A DNA stretch of 64,000 bases from an uncultured virus (IMG/VR IMGVR_UViG_2875882051_000003). Lineage: Duplodnaviria > Heunggongvirae > Uroviricota > Caudoviricetes. The position numbers and the translations under genes were made by a program. Within the stretch, counting starts at the first letter, position 1, and each line of letters opens with the position of its first letter. Positions 1-9,951 of this stretch are shown piece after piece. The notes under the pieces were generated by a model. It ran no database searches. It saw only the letters and a program-made list of their open reading frames with translations, and was not told the DNA's origin. The stretch is from the IMG/VR virus record IMGVR_UViG_2875882051_000003; one strand, written 5' to 3'.

Positions 1-197
1 ATTTATCACTCCTAAGAATATATGTTTGTATTTTATTAGCAATATTATAACATTATTTAATAGGATGTGCGAATGTATGTTTGTAAATATAAATGTATCT
101 TAAAATAATAATAAAAAATTGTTTGAAGAGCATAATAGGGTGTATAAAGTAAAGTGACTATTGATTTAAAAATTATATTAATAAAATAAATATCGAG

Positions 198-1217
198 GTG
201 TTTAAGATGGACTATAACTTTAAAAATCTTGTATTCGAGGGTGGAGGTGTAAAAGGAATTGCATATTTAGGTGCTTTAGAAATACTAGAACAGAAGGGGA
301 TACTTCAGAATATTAAAAGGGTCGGCGGAACTTCCGCAGGAGCTATTATAGCGCTTATGGTTGGATTAGGTTATTCAAAAGAAGAGCTTTATGATACTTT
401 TAATGAGATGAACCTAAGAAGCTTTATGGATGATGATATAGGCTCAATAAGAGATTTGTATAGATTGCTTATTAAAGGGTATGGTTGGTTTAAAGGAGAG
501 GCTTTTACTAGATGGTTAGAAAATATTATTGAAAAGAAAACAGGAAATAAAGATTCTACATTTAAGGAAATTAAAGATAGTGGCAAATTTAAAGAAATGT
601 TTTTTCAAGGCACAAATTTAACGAAGCATGAAGTTGAAACTTTTTCTGCTGAAAATGAAAAATATGAAGATATGTCAATTAAGGATGCAGTTCGTATTTC
701 CATGTCAATTCCATTATTTTTTGAATCTGTCAAAATGAATAATTGTTGTTATGTTGACGGCGGTATCCTATCAAATTATCCAGTGAGACTATTTGATAGA
801 AAGATATATGTAGAAGAAGATGAAAATTATTTTATACCAGAAGAATATGAGAAAATGTTACATGATAAAGTTGGTAATACTTATGTATATAATAAAGAAA
901 CACTTGGGTTCCGTTTAGATAGTAAAAATAAAATAGATCTATTCAATGGTAGGACTCAGCCGAATGATCACACAATTAATTCTTTCTTTAGCTACTCATG
1001 GAATCTTATTAGTACGCTTATGGAAAATCAAGATATTACACACTTAACTGGAGATGACTTCGACCGTACGATTTATATAGATTCAATGGATGTTTCTACT
1101 ACTGACTTTGAGATTGATTATGAAACTAAGATGAAGCTTATAGATTCGGGAAGAATAGGCACCATAGAATATTTTGAGGAATATGATAAGGGCGAACTTA
1201 AAAATTATACGAATTAG
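198..1217 (+). CDS. Patatin-like phospholipase
   Basis: Motifs GGGVKG, GTSAG (nucleophile Ser) and DGG. Confidence 0.9.
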   Translation: MFKMDYNFKNLVFEGGGVKGIAYLGALEILEQKGILQNIKRVGGTSAGAIIALMVGLGYSKEELYDTFNEMNLRSFMDDDIGSIRDLYRLLIKGYGWFKGEAFTRWLENIIEKKTGNKDSTFKEIKDSGKFKEMFFQGTNLTKHEVETFSAENEKYEDMSIKDAVRISMSIPLFFESVKMNNCCYVDGGILSNYPVRLFDRKIYVEEDENYFIPEEYEKMLHDKVGNTYVYNKETLGFRLDSKNKIDLFNGRTQPNDHTINSFFSYSWNLISTLMENQDITHLTGDDFDRTIYIDSMDVSTTDFEIDYETKMKLIDSGRIGTIEYFEEYDKGELKNYTN

Positions 1218-1265
1218 CTTTAGTTTTTAAGCAATTATCTTTGGACAAAATAAATACATAAAAAT

Positions 1266-1312
1266 AAAGAGTAACATATCATACGGGGAATATGAATGTT
1301 ACTCTTTGCTTT
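1266..1312 (+). terminator. Hairpin terminator after patatin
   Basis: AAAGAGTAACAT...ATGTTACTCTTT inverted repeat followed by T-rich tract. Confidence 0.55.
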
Positions 1313-1480
1313 ATATATTTATTGGGGAAATATATATGAAAAAAAGTTTTTATCGACTTTCTAATACTATTATAATAGGCTAATATGTCAGAATGGTGGC
1401 AAATTTAGTTATATTATTCGGTTGACAAAACAACACGAAAATCCTACAATATTAACAAGGATATTTTGATGTGAGGTGAT

Positions 1481-2176
1481 ATGTCAATGGTTAATTACGA
1501 AAATGAATTATATAAAACTCTAGATGAGGAGATAGATAAAGAACTAAATAGTAAGATAACAAGACCTATTTATTTAATAGTTAATGATGCAATAAAAGTA
1601 TATAACGAACTAATAAAGAATGAAAGTCATGTATTTTCAGGAGATTACTTTGAAGAAATAAGGGGTAGATTAATAGGGTATGCGGTTAAAAGAGCATTTG
1701 ATCCTAAATTAATAACAGGAAATTTTCCGTTTAATGTTACTTGTGCAAAAATGAACTTTAAACAGAAGAGACCTGAATTAAGAAAAAATAATATTTTATT
1801 AACCATTTCTCAAGTAAGTGATTTAAGCAAGTTACCAACTAAATCTAAATATAAGGAGAAATATTCAGAGGGAAATTCTTTAATAGCTAAACAGTTAATG
1901 ATTAGGGAAGCGGATGAATTAAAGGTAAAGGATATACCGTATTATGGAATAATAAGATATAAATATGCTGAAGGTGAATTGGAACACCTTGACATTGTTA
2001 TTCCAGATGTTAAATATAGAAGTATAATAAAAACAATACCGATACCAATAATTTCAGAAATGAGAAGATTTGACGAAGGAATCAAAGAGGATTTAGAAGA
2101 ATCAAGTCCTTTGCTCCAAATGGAAAATTTGAAAGAACAATTGGAGAAAGATATAAAAGATAAAAAAATTAAATAA
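1481..2176 (+). CDS. Hypothetical protein, candidate toxin partner of the downstream HTH-peptidase (RmrT-like position)
   Basis: 231 aa ORF with RBS GAGGTG, ending 18 bp before the HTH-M78 gene; TTGACA and TACAAT boxes upstream. Confidence 0.6.
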   Translation: MSMVNYENELYKTLDEEIDKELNSKITRPIYLIVNDAIKVYNELIKNESHVFSGDYFEEIRGRLIGYAVKRAFDPKLITGNFPFNVTCAKMNFKQKRPELRKNNILLTISQVSDLSKLPTKSKYKEKYSEGNSLIAKQLMIREADELKVKDIPYYGIIRYKYAEGELEHLDIVIPDVKYRSIIKTIPIPIISEMRRFDEGIKEDLEESSPLLQMENLKEQLEKDIKDKKIK

Positions 2177-2194
2177 AATAAAAGAGGTAATTTT

Positions 2195-3331
2195 ATGGAT
2201 TATCAAAGTAATGACATATTAGGATACAGGATAAAAGAAGCAAGAACTGCTAGGGGATATTCATTGGAGGAATTAGCGAAAAAAATAGGGCTTTCAAGAC
2301 AATCTTTATCAAAGTATGAGAATGAAGAAATGAAAATTCCGGGTGAAACACTCATACATATAGCTGATATTTTGGAATTTCCCATAGGGTTCTTTAGAAA
2401 AATTAAGAAAAACGACGGAATTGGTGATAGTCCAGTATTTTTCAGGAGTTTAAGAAAAGCAGGAACAAAAGTTAAAGATTCATTAGGTCAAAATGTTGAA
2501 TTTTTAGAAGAGATATATTCATATTTTACCCAATATATAGATTTTCCTAAACTAGATATTGATTCTGACATAAATAGTAACTATAAAATAGGAATTTCTG
2601 ATTTGTATATTGAAGAAGTAACATTAAAATTAAGAGAACAGTGGGGTCTTGGGGAAAGACCAATAAATAATTTAGTAGATTTGCTTCAGCGAAAAGGAAT
2701 TGTTATAGCAAGAATAGAATTAGATACACATAATGTTGATGCCTTTTCTAATGTAACCGCAAAAGGTATACCATTTATGATTTTGGGAAGTGATAAACAG
2801 TCAGCAGTAAGATCTAGAATGGATTGTGCGCATGAATTAGGGCATATTATATTGCACTCACATCTAACAAAACAAGAAGTTAAAGAAAATCATAATATTA
2901 TAGAAGAAGAGGCAAAAAAGTTTGCTAGCGCATTTTTATTGCCAGAAAATTCTTTTTCAAATGACCTATATAGTGTGAACTTAGACTCATTTATATATTT
3001 AAAAGAAAAGTGGAAAGTTTCAATTGCAGGAATGATAGTTAGGGCACATAATCTAAAATTAATAACAGATGACCAGTATACGTATTTATTCAAGAGAATT
3101 AGTGCAAAAAAGTGGAGAATTAAAGAACCACTTGATGATGTACTTAAATTTGAAGAGCCTGCGTTATTAAAAGAAGCAATTAATTTGCTATTTGATAATA
3201 GCATGTTAGATAATGAGAGATTGTTGGAGGATTTAGCTTTATCAAGAAAAGATATTGAAAGTTTATGTTGCTTAGAAAAAGGCTTTTTAGGTGAGGATGA
3301 AGTAAAACCTTTATTAAGAATAATTAAATAA
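2195..3331 (+). CDS. XRE HTH fused to ImmA/IrrE (M78) Zn metallopeptidase (RmrA-like)
   Basis: N-terminal HTH (RIKEARTARGYSLEELAKKIGLSRQSLSKYE); HELGH and EEEAKKFASAFLLP motifs. Confidence 0.9.
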   Translation: MDYQSNDILGYRIKEARTARGYSLEELAKKIGLSRQSLSKYENEEMKIPGETLIHIADILEFPIGFFRKIKKNDGIGDSPVFFRSLRKAGTKVKDSLGQNVEFLEEIYSYFTQYIDFPKLDIDSDINSNYKIGISDLYIEEVTLKLREQWGLGERPINNLVDLLQRKGIVIARIELDTHNVDAFSNVTAKGIPFMILGSDKQSAVRSRMDCAHELGHIILHSHLTKQEVKENHNIIEEEAKKFASAFLLPENSFSNDLYSVNLDSFIYLKEKWKVSIAGMIVRAHNLKLITDDQYTYLFKRISAKKWRIKEPLDDVLKFEEPALLKEAINLLFDNSMLDNERLLEDLALSRKDIESLCCLEKGFLGEDEVKPLLRIIK

Positions 3332-3635
3332 ATTAACAGAATTAATTTATTGTAATTCTAAAATATAGATATATAGCTAAAAAATATTAATATAAGAGAA
3401 CTAAGAGACAACATCTATAGAAATATAGGTGTTTTATTATATCTGTAACTTGAGATTCCTTTATGATTAGATGCATAAAAAGTAGATGAAAATGTATAAA
3501 AAAGTAAATCATTATTTTAATTATAATACAATAATGTTATAATAATCCTATATTCCGTAAAGATGGGTTACGGTGGTTGTGCGTTTTCCGCCTTGGGCTA
3601 TTAGAAATAATGGTCTAAGGGGGTGGTATTAGATT

Positions 3636-3800
3636 GTGATAATTGGAATGTTAATATTATCAATAACACTAATTCTAGTGATAATGATTAATAGAGCTTT
3701 AAAAAGCAATTCAAAAAGTTGTGAATTCAACTTAGAGATTAACATAAAGGGTTTTAAAGTAAACTTTAAGACAAAAGAAAAGGACCCTCCCATCAAGTAA
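3636..3800 (+). CDS. 54 aa hydrophobic peptide, putative type I toxin (not in ORF track)
   Basis: GTG start after RBS AAGGGGGTGG; MIIGMLILSITLILVIMINRALKSNSKSCEFNLEINIKGFKVNFKTKEKDPPIK has one TM segment and a basic tail; TGtTATAAT at 3535-3543. Confidence 0.7.
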   Translation: MIIGMLILSITLILVIMINRALKSNSKSCEFNLEINIKGFKVNFKTKEKDPPIK

Positions 3801-3890
3801 AGTCCTTTTCTAACCCAAAATAACATCTAATAGCCCTAAAATTAAAAACGTTCTAGGGAAAGTTAGTGTTACAGCACTAACTTTTCTTAT
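3776..3890 (-). ncRNA. Putative antisense antitoxin RNA
   Basis: Minus-strand extended -10 TGaTATAAT at 3903-3895; hairpin AGAAAAGGAC/GTCCTTTTCT (3776-3811) overlapping the toxin stop codon. Confidence 0.5.
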
Positions 3891-3951
3891 TTATATTATA
3901 TCAAATATTTAAAGAAAATAAACATCAATTTTTATAAGTTAATTATAGTTA

Positions 3952-4710
3952 TTATTTATTACAACAAGTCAATGCCCATTGTGTCTTAGAGAAATCTTTT
4001 GGTACGAGTAAATCTTTACTGGAAAGAAAATCTTTCAATTTAAAATATTGTTGACTTGCAATATTTTCATCAGTTGCTTTAAAAGAAATTTCCGCTATTA
4101 TATCTGTGTTATCGTTTGTTTTTCTTGACCAGATGTCTATGTCTATATCTATGTCATTCCATATTCCAGTATATTCTATAGAATGAATTGGACAATAAGC
4201 TTTAGAATTAGAGATTTGTCCTATTCCCCAATTTTTGTTTTCTTTCCAATTTATGAATTGTTCAGGAGCATTTTCAATAAACATTTTTTGTAATTCTTCG
4301 ATAGAAGGAGGGTATGTGGGTAAATCATTAAGTATATCCTTGTTTCTTTCCAATGACATACTTAATGATTTATTTGTATATCCCCATTCAAGTTCTATCT
4401 TATATTCGCTGTCAATTTCTTTGAAGTCGTTTTGAAGTTCGCTTAATGCAGAATTAATATCATTGTCATTTATTTTATATCTTTTTTTATACGTTAGCTC
4501 ATATTTATTTGTTTTTTTACGATTGCGTAGAATCCAGCCAGCTTTATACATATCTTGATCGGCTGTATCAATGAATAGAATTTCTCTTAATTTAGGCTTA
4601 TCAGATATTTGAAAAAGATTAAATATGTCTCCTTTGAGTTCGTAAGCCTCACTCAAAACTTTTGATGGGTCAATAAAAAATTTAATTTCATGTTGTTCTA
4701 TTAATTTCAT
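3952..4710 (-). CDS. CYTH/triphosphate-tunnel-like protein
   Basis: N-terminal ExK (HEIKFF), ILRNRK..YELTYKKR, C-terminal AEISFK. Confidence 0.6.
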   Translation of the reverse strand: MKLIEQHEIKFFIDPSKVLSEAYELKGDIFNLFQISDKPKLREILFIDTADQDMYKAGWILRNRKKTNKYELTYKKRYKINDNDINSALSELQNDFKEIDSEYKIELEWGYTNKSLSMSLERNKDILNDLPTYPPSIEELQKMFIENAPEQFINWKENKNWGIGQISNSKAYCPIHSIEYTGIWNDIDIDIDIWSRKTNDNTDIIAEISFKATDENIASQQYFKLKDFLSSKDLLVPKDFSKTQWALTCCNK

Positions 4711-4948
4711 ATCATTTGCCTCCTTAGTATATCCAAAGTTAAAATATAAAAAATTTATTTTTAATGTGCCCTTAAGGTTTACACATTATTCGATAAAGCT
4801 AAAAATGAAGTGACTAATTTAAATACTACATTAGTTAAAAATGGGTATGAAAGCATAAAAATTTGAATTTTAATTTCTAATGAATAAAAACAAATATTAT
4901 GGGAAGCGTATAACAGGAAATATATATTTAATGAAGGAGGTAGTAAAA

Positions 4949-6817
4949 TTGGAAAATAAAGTAATGAAACTAGTTAATTACACAATTAGAAAAAGTACTA
5001 ATACGATTGATGAGATTCCTTGGAATATTAAGATGATTAAAGCGACTGATTTTTGGAAGAAAGGCGATAATGGTAGAGGGAGAACAATAGCAATTATAGA
5101 TACGGGATGTGATAAGAATCATCCTGATTTAAAAAATAGAATTATCAAGGGTAGTAAAAATTTTACATCTGAAGACAATTGGGATGAAAATAATTTTAAG
5201 GATTATGATGGACATGGAACTCATGTTGCAGGAATTATAGCAGGAAGCTTGAATGAAAATGGAGTAGGTGTCGGAGTAGCTCCAGAGGCAAACTTATTGA
5301 TTCTAAAAGCTGTGAGGAAAGGCGAGGTTATAACTCCTGAATGGAAGCCGATATGTATAATCGAAGCAATTAATTATGCTATAGAATTTGGGAATGTAGA
5401 TATTATATCAATATCACTTGGATGGTATAAGAACTTTCCGGAATTACATGCTGCAATTAAAAGAGCAGTAGAAAAAGATATATTGGTAGTATGTGCCGCT
5501 TCTAATGAGGGAGATGGTAATGGTGATACCGCTGAAATAACCTATCCAGGAGCTTATAATGAAGTAATTTCAGTAGGAGCAATTGATTCAAATAAAAAAG
5601 TGGCCAATTTTAGCAATTCAAATCAGGAAGTAGATTTAGTGGCTCCTGGTGTAAAGATACAATCAACATTCCCTAATAATGATTATGTTACATTAGATGG
5701 TACTTCAATGTCAGCACCGCATGTTTCAGGGGCATTGGCTCTTATTATAAATTGGGCAAAAAAATCTTTCGGTAGAGAATTATCAGAACCTGAATTATAT
5801 GCTCAATTAATTAGAAGAACCATATCTTTGGGAAATAAGAAAACTCTTGAAGGAAATGGTATGCTATATTTAACTGCAGTAGATTTATTGGAAGATTTTC
5901 TTCATAGTGGAAATAATCTATTAAAAGATGAACATATAAAAATGTTAAAAGATTTTTCAGTAGGCTCTGGTTTTAATACTAAATTTTTAGGTGAAGAATT
6001 TGAAATACCATTCCCTAAAGTAATAGGAAAAACTAAAGAAGATGCACTAAATGATGGAGAAATATTTAATTTTAATAATTTTTCTATAGTTATGAATGAA
6101 AAAACAAAATTTGCTATTTATAGTGTGTGTAATATAGATGAAAATAAATATGTAAAGATATCAAGAACCGATGATTGGCATTTTGACCAAAGAATAAAGG
6201 AAGAAAATCAGGTTGGAAATGAGTTCTATAGGAATAATTATTTGGATAGAGGACATTTAACCAGAAGAAAAGATGTATGTTGGGGAACTGAATCTCAGGC
6301 AAGAAAAGCAAATTATGATTCGTTTTGCTTTGCTAATATTTGCTTTCAAGATCATGATTTCAATACTGGTACATGGAATGATTTTGAAGATTGGATTCTT
6401 GATGAATTAGAAGGAAAAGATATGAAGATGAAAATGTCCATATTTACAGGTCCTATTAATAGAGATAGTGATAGAATTTATTGTGGAGCAGGAAGAGGTC
6501 AAGATTGTGGAGTTAGAATTCCAGCAGGTTTTTGGAAAGTAGTAATTTATGTAGATAGTAATAAAGAATTACGTTGCTTAGCCTTTATGGGAAAACAAGA
6601 TGAGTTTTGGTATGATGAAACTGGTAAAAAGCTTGAAAAGCACAAAGTATATCAAGTACCTTTAAATCTTATAAGTGAACTTACAGAAATAGAATTCGAT
6701 AGTAGTCTATATAATGCTAATCCTTTATATTATTGGCCAAATAAAATTACTGCAAGAAATAATATTGCAACTCCACAAATTCATCTAATAAGTGAAAGGG
6801 ATGATATTATTTTTTAG
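4949..6817 (+). CDS. S8 subtilisin fused to a DNA/RNA non-specific (NucA/EndoG-type) endonuclease
   Basis: Triad IIDTG, HGTHVAG, GTSMSAPH; C-terminal DRGHL..N..Q..FN..W motif; probable TTG start at 4949 after AAGGAGG. Confidence 0.85.
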   Translation: MENKVMKLVNYTIRKSTNTIDEIPWNIKMIKATDFWKKGDNGRGRTIAIIDTGCDKNHPDLKNRIIKGSKNFTSEDNWDENNFKDYDGHGTHVAGIIAGSLNENGVGVGVAPEANLLILKAVRKGEVITPEWKPICIIEAINYAIEFGNVDIISISLGWYKNFPELHAAIKRAVEKDILVVCAASNEGDGNGDTAEITYPGAYNEVISVGAIDSNKKVANFSNSNQEVDLVAPGVKIQSTFPNNDYVTLDGTSMSAPHVSGALALIINWAKKSFGRELSEPELYAQLIRRTISLGNKKTLEGNGMLYLTAVDLLEDFLHSGNNLLKDEHIKMLKDFSVGSGFNTKFLGEEFEIPFPKVIGKTKEDALNDGEIFNFNNFSIVMNEKTKFAIYSVCNIDENKYVKISRTDDWHFDQRIKEENQVGNEFYRNNYLDRGHLTRRKDVCWGTESQARKANYDSFCFANICFQDHDFNTGTWNDFEDWILDELEGKDMKMKMSIFTGPINRDSDRIYCGAGRGQDCGVRIPAGFWKVVIYVDSNKELRCLAFMGKQDEFWYDETGKKLEKHKVYQVPLNLISELTEIEFDSSLYNANPLYYWPNKITARNNIATPQIHLISERDDIIF

Positions 6818-6855
6818 AAAAATAATATCATTTATATAAATTTAAGATAACAAAG

Positions 6856-6892
6856 ATGCCACAACATTCAGAAATGAATTTGTGGTATTTTT
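6856..6892 (+). repeat. Cassette-boundary hairpin, copy 1
   Basis: ATGCCACAACATTCAGAAATGAATTTGTGGTATTTTT. Confidence 0.9.
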
Positions 6893-6994
6893 GTTATTTT
6901 ATAGAATCTAATTAACAAATCATGTTACAATTATATTACATAAATATGCTAACTTTTGATAGAAAATTAGAAGTAAATTAAAGATAGGGGATAA

Positions 6995-7273
6995 GTGATG
7001 GAGAAAAAATTCATTAATGGACAAGTTTATAAAGAAATTGATTTTGAAGAAGTTGTAAGTAGTCATAATGACAAAGGGGATATCCTTTATCACATTTTTT
7101 ATGGGGATGTAGATTGGCATCGAGATGGAAATTTACAGAAGGCTCTATGTATTTTTATGAAATATAATAATAAAATAAGTTTTCAAACTCCAGCTAATGT
7201 ATTATTGACTGATCTACTTATAGTTGAAGAAGCTATAAGTAGACTTAAAGCTCGTAATATGGAATTTAAGTAG
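6995..7273 (+). CDS. Hypothetical protein
   Basis: 92 aa ORF with RBS AGGGG. Confidence 0.7.
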   Translation: MMEKKFINGQVYKEIDFEEVVSSHNDKGDILYHIFYGDVDWHRDGNLQKALCIFMKYNNKISFQTPANVLLTDLLIVEEAISRLKARNMEFK

Positions 7274-7413
7274 TTAGTATATCAGAAGATACAAAAATAA
7301 ATTTGAGCTATTATAGATCAGTGTTATATATTCAGGAGCAGAAATGAATAATTTATTGACAAAATAAGAGTTGTTTTATGATAGAAATATCTAAATATAG
7401 GAGTGGATAAGAC

Positions 7414-8079
7414 ATGCCAAACCATTTTGAATTAAAAGTACTCGAAGGAAAGTTGGGATTAAAACTAACACGAGAGAAATATGCAAGAATAAATAATAAA
7501 AGTTCATTTCAAGGAACCATGATTGGTTGTGATTATGTTAATGAGAAAATGAGAATATATACAGATGAATGGTGTAAAAATCATTTTGAAGAATGTATGA
7601 AAAATTATGACCTAAATATGGAGTATTTTTCTTTATTAGATAATAATGAATTTAACTTAGAAATTGATAAATTTCTAAAACAAAATGAGGGGTTTGTTGA
7701 AGTATCAGATCTAAACCTATATCATATGAAACCAGGATATTATTTAATGGTTCTTGATGAATATTGCCAAGTATATATTGGTACCACCAATGACATTAAA
7801 AAACGCATACGGCAACATTGGAGTGGTAATAAGCATTTTGACAGGCTTTTATTACCAATGGGGGCGGTTGATTCTTCGATACTTTCAATTGATAGTTTTA
7901 GAGCTTTTGATACCACAAGAATTTTTGCATATATAACAGAGAAAATATTTGATAACGAAGATAAATTTATAAATGAATTTTCATCTAAATTTGTATGTAA
8001 TAGGCTTTCTGGTGGTAAGTTTAAAGGCATTGGATTGCTTTCGAGTATAATGATGATGAAAAGTCGTAAATTAAAGTAA
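7414..8079 (+). CDS. GIY-YIG nuclease family protein
   Basis: GYY..VYIGTTNDIKKRIRQH, with later conserved E and N. Confidence 0.8.
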   Translation: MPNHFELKVLEGKLGLKLTREKYARINNKSSFQGTMIGCDYVNEKMRIYTDEWCKNHFEECMKNYDLNMEYFSLLDNNEFNLEIDKFLKQNEGFVEVSDLNLYHMKPGYYLMVLDEYCQVYIGTTNDIKKRIRQHWSGNKHFDRLLLPMGAVDSSILSIDSFRAFDTTRIFAYITEKIFDNEDKFINEFSSKFVCNRLSGGKFKGIGLLSSIMMMKSRKLK

Positions 8080-8112
8080 TATATAATGATCGGGGAACAA
8101 TAACTGAGTAAA

Positions 8113-8149
8113 ATGCCGCAATATTCAGAAATGAATTTGTGGTATTTTT
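8113..8149 (+). repeat. Cassette-boundary hairpin, copy 2
   Basis: ATGCCGCAATATTCAGAAATGAATTTGTGGTATTTTT. Confidence 0.9.
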
Positions 8150-8257
8150 ATTATTTTATAGAATTATTTTGAAGACATATATTATAATAATTATATGCTA
8201 CTATATGATAATAGATTATAGAAATAGTAACAAGAGTACATTTAAGGGGGATTTATT

Positions 8258-9352
8258 TTGGGATTTAGAATGAGAAAGTCATTTAAAATAGCACCAGGGG
8301 TTAGGTTAAATGTAGGAACAAAAAGTGCAGGAATTAGTGTGGGTGGTAAAGGTCTAAGATATAGTGTAAATAGTAAAACAGGATCACGTGTAACTGTTGG
8401 AGTTCCAGGTACAGGAATTAGCTATACAACATCCGGAAGAAGTTATAATTCGGCTGCATACTCAAGAAGTCAAGAACTAAGAAGATTAGAAAGGGAACAG
8501 GCCAAACTTGAAGAATTAGAAAGAAATAAGTTAATAGTAGAGATATATGAAAATAAAATTGAGATGATAAAATCTATACATAAAGAATGTGATAATAAAA
8601 TTGATTGGATTAAAATGGAGAAATCAAAGCCGCCATATTATCCTGAAAAGGGTGAAAAAGGAGTCAATGAAGCTAATGCGATAGAGAAACTTCAAGCCTA
8701 TAGACCATCATTTATAGATAAATTATTTAGAAGACAGGATAAAAAAATAGAAGGGTTTAGGTATCTCATCGAAGTAGCAAAGAAAGAGGACGAAAAAGAA
8801 TATAACTCTTGGAAGGAGTTAGTTGATATAGCTAAAAAAATTAACAATGGTGATATACAAGCATATTTAGATGTGATAGATGAATTTAAACCACTAGATG
8901 ATTTGGTTGAGTTTGGAAGTGGTTTTGAATTTTTTTTGGAAGATCCTGATCTGATAGAAGTAGATTTCGATGTGAATACAGAAAGTATTGTTCCAAAGGA
9001 ATGTAAATCATTAACTAAAACAGGAAAAGTATCAACTAAACAAATGACTAAAACTAAATATTTTGATTTACAACAAGATTATGTGTGTTCTTGCACTTTA
9101 AGAATAGCGCGAGATATGTTTGCCTTATTACCGCTTAATTATGTAGTGGTAAATGCGTTAGAAAAAAGGTTAGATACATCAATAGGAAAAAGGGAAAATG
9201 AAGTAATATTATCAGTAAAGATAGATAGAGAAACGTTAGAAGGCTTAAATATGAATTTAATAGACCCATCAGATAGTATGGAGAATTTTGAGTGTAATAT
9301 GAACTTTAAGAAAACTGGTGGATTAGTTAAAGTAGATAGAATAATGGACTAA
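8258..9352 (+). CDS. DUF4236-domain protein
   Basis: N-terminus GFRMRKSFKIAPGVRLNVG...GVPGTGISY is typical of DUF4236. Confidence 0.8.
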   Translation: MGFRMRKSFKIAPGVRLNVGTKSAGISVGGKGLRYSVNSKTGSRVTVGVPGTGISYTTSGRSYNSAAYSRSQELRRLEREQAKLEELERNKLIVEIYENKIEMIKSIHKECDNKIDWIKMEKSKPPYYPEKGEKGVNEANAIEKLQAYRPSFIDKLFRRQDKKIEGFRYLIEVAKKEDEKEYNSWKELVDIAKKINNGDIQAYLDVIDEFKPLDDLVEFGSGFEFFLEDPDLIEVDFDVNTESIVPKECKSLTKTGKVSTKQMTKTKYFDLQQDYVCSCTLRIARDMFALLPLNYVVVNALEKRLDTSIGKRENEVILSVKIDRETLEGLNMNLIDPSDSMENFECNMNFKKTGGLVKVDRIMD

Positions 9353-9412
9353 ATGCATCGTAGTGTAATTAGCTTGAAATCAATATAGTAATATTAAAAT
9401 TAGTTTAGGAGG

Positions 9413-9802
9413 ATGTTTATGACTGATTATGCTAATTTAGCAAATACAGAAGTTGATAAATTGCTAAAAGGTGAAATCAAAGATATGTATGGAAAATACA
9501 TCGAAGAAATTATATGTGAATTGTTGATTTGGGCTTTACATTCAAATAAGAAAGCAAATGAATTTTTTATTAATATCCTAGATGACAGTGAATTATTAGA
9601 ACTGTTATTTTATATTTTGTTAGATGAAAGTGAAGACTATTCGAATGATGCCAGAATCGCAGCAGCTCATTACATTGGAAAATTTGATGAAGATCTTTTA
9701 AAAAAGCATAAAGATGAAATTCTATACGCACTTACTTATGAAATTCATGCATTACATCCTTTTGTAAATCAAAAAAGGCCTAGTTGGTTAAATGAAAAAT
9801 AA
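9413..9802 (+). CDS. Hypothetical helical protein
   Basis: 129 aa ORF with RBS AGGAGG. Confidence 0.7.
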   Translation: MFMTDYANLANTEVDKLLKGEIKDMYGKYIEEIICELLIWALHSNKKANEFFINILDDSELLELLFYILLDESEDYSNDARIAAAHYIGKFDEDLLKKHKDEILYALTYEIHALHPFVNQKRPSWLNEK

Positions 9803-9850
9803 TAATTAATAAAACTGAATATAGAAAATAGATAATAGGAGAATCTTATT

Positions 9851-9877
9851 ATTCAGAAATGAATTTGTGGTATTTTT
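9851..9877 (+). repeat. Cassette-boundary hairpin, copy 3 (left arm truncated)
   Basis: ATTCAGAAATGAATTTGTGGTATTTTT. Confidence 0.85.
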
Positions 9878-9951
9878 CTGCTATTTATGCAAAAATAAAA
9901 AGTAAAAATGATATAATTTACTTACATGTTTTTATTATGGGAGGGATAATA

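Noticed and set aside
198..3331. CBASS operon
   Set aside because: No recognisable CD-NTase near the patatin.
3629..3826. Minus-strand 65-aa ORF
   Set aside because: No RBS; it is the antisense shadow of the + strand peptide, which has clear expression signals.
9859..9951. N-terminal extension of the track ORF 9859..10674
   Set aside because: The ATG lies inside the repeat without an RBS; a promoter and RBS point to 9952.
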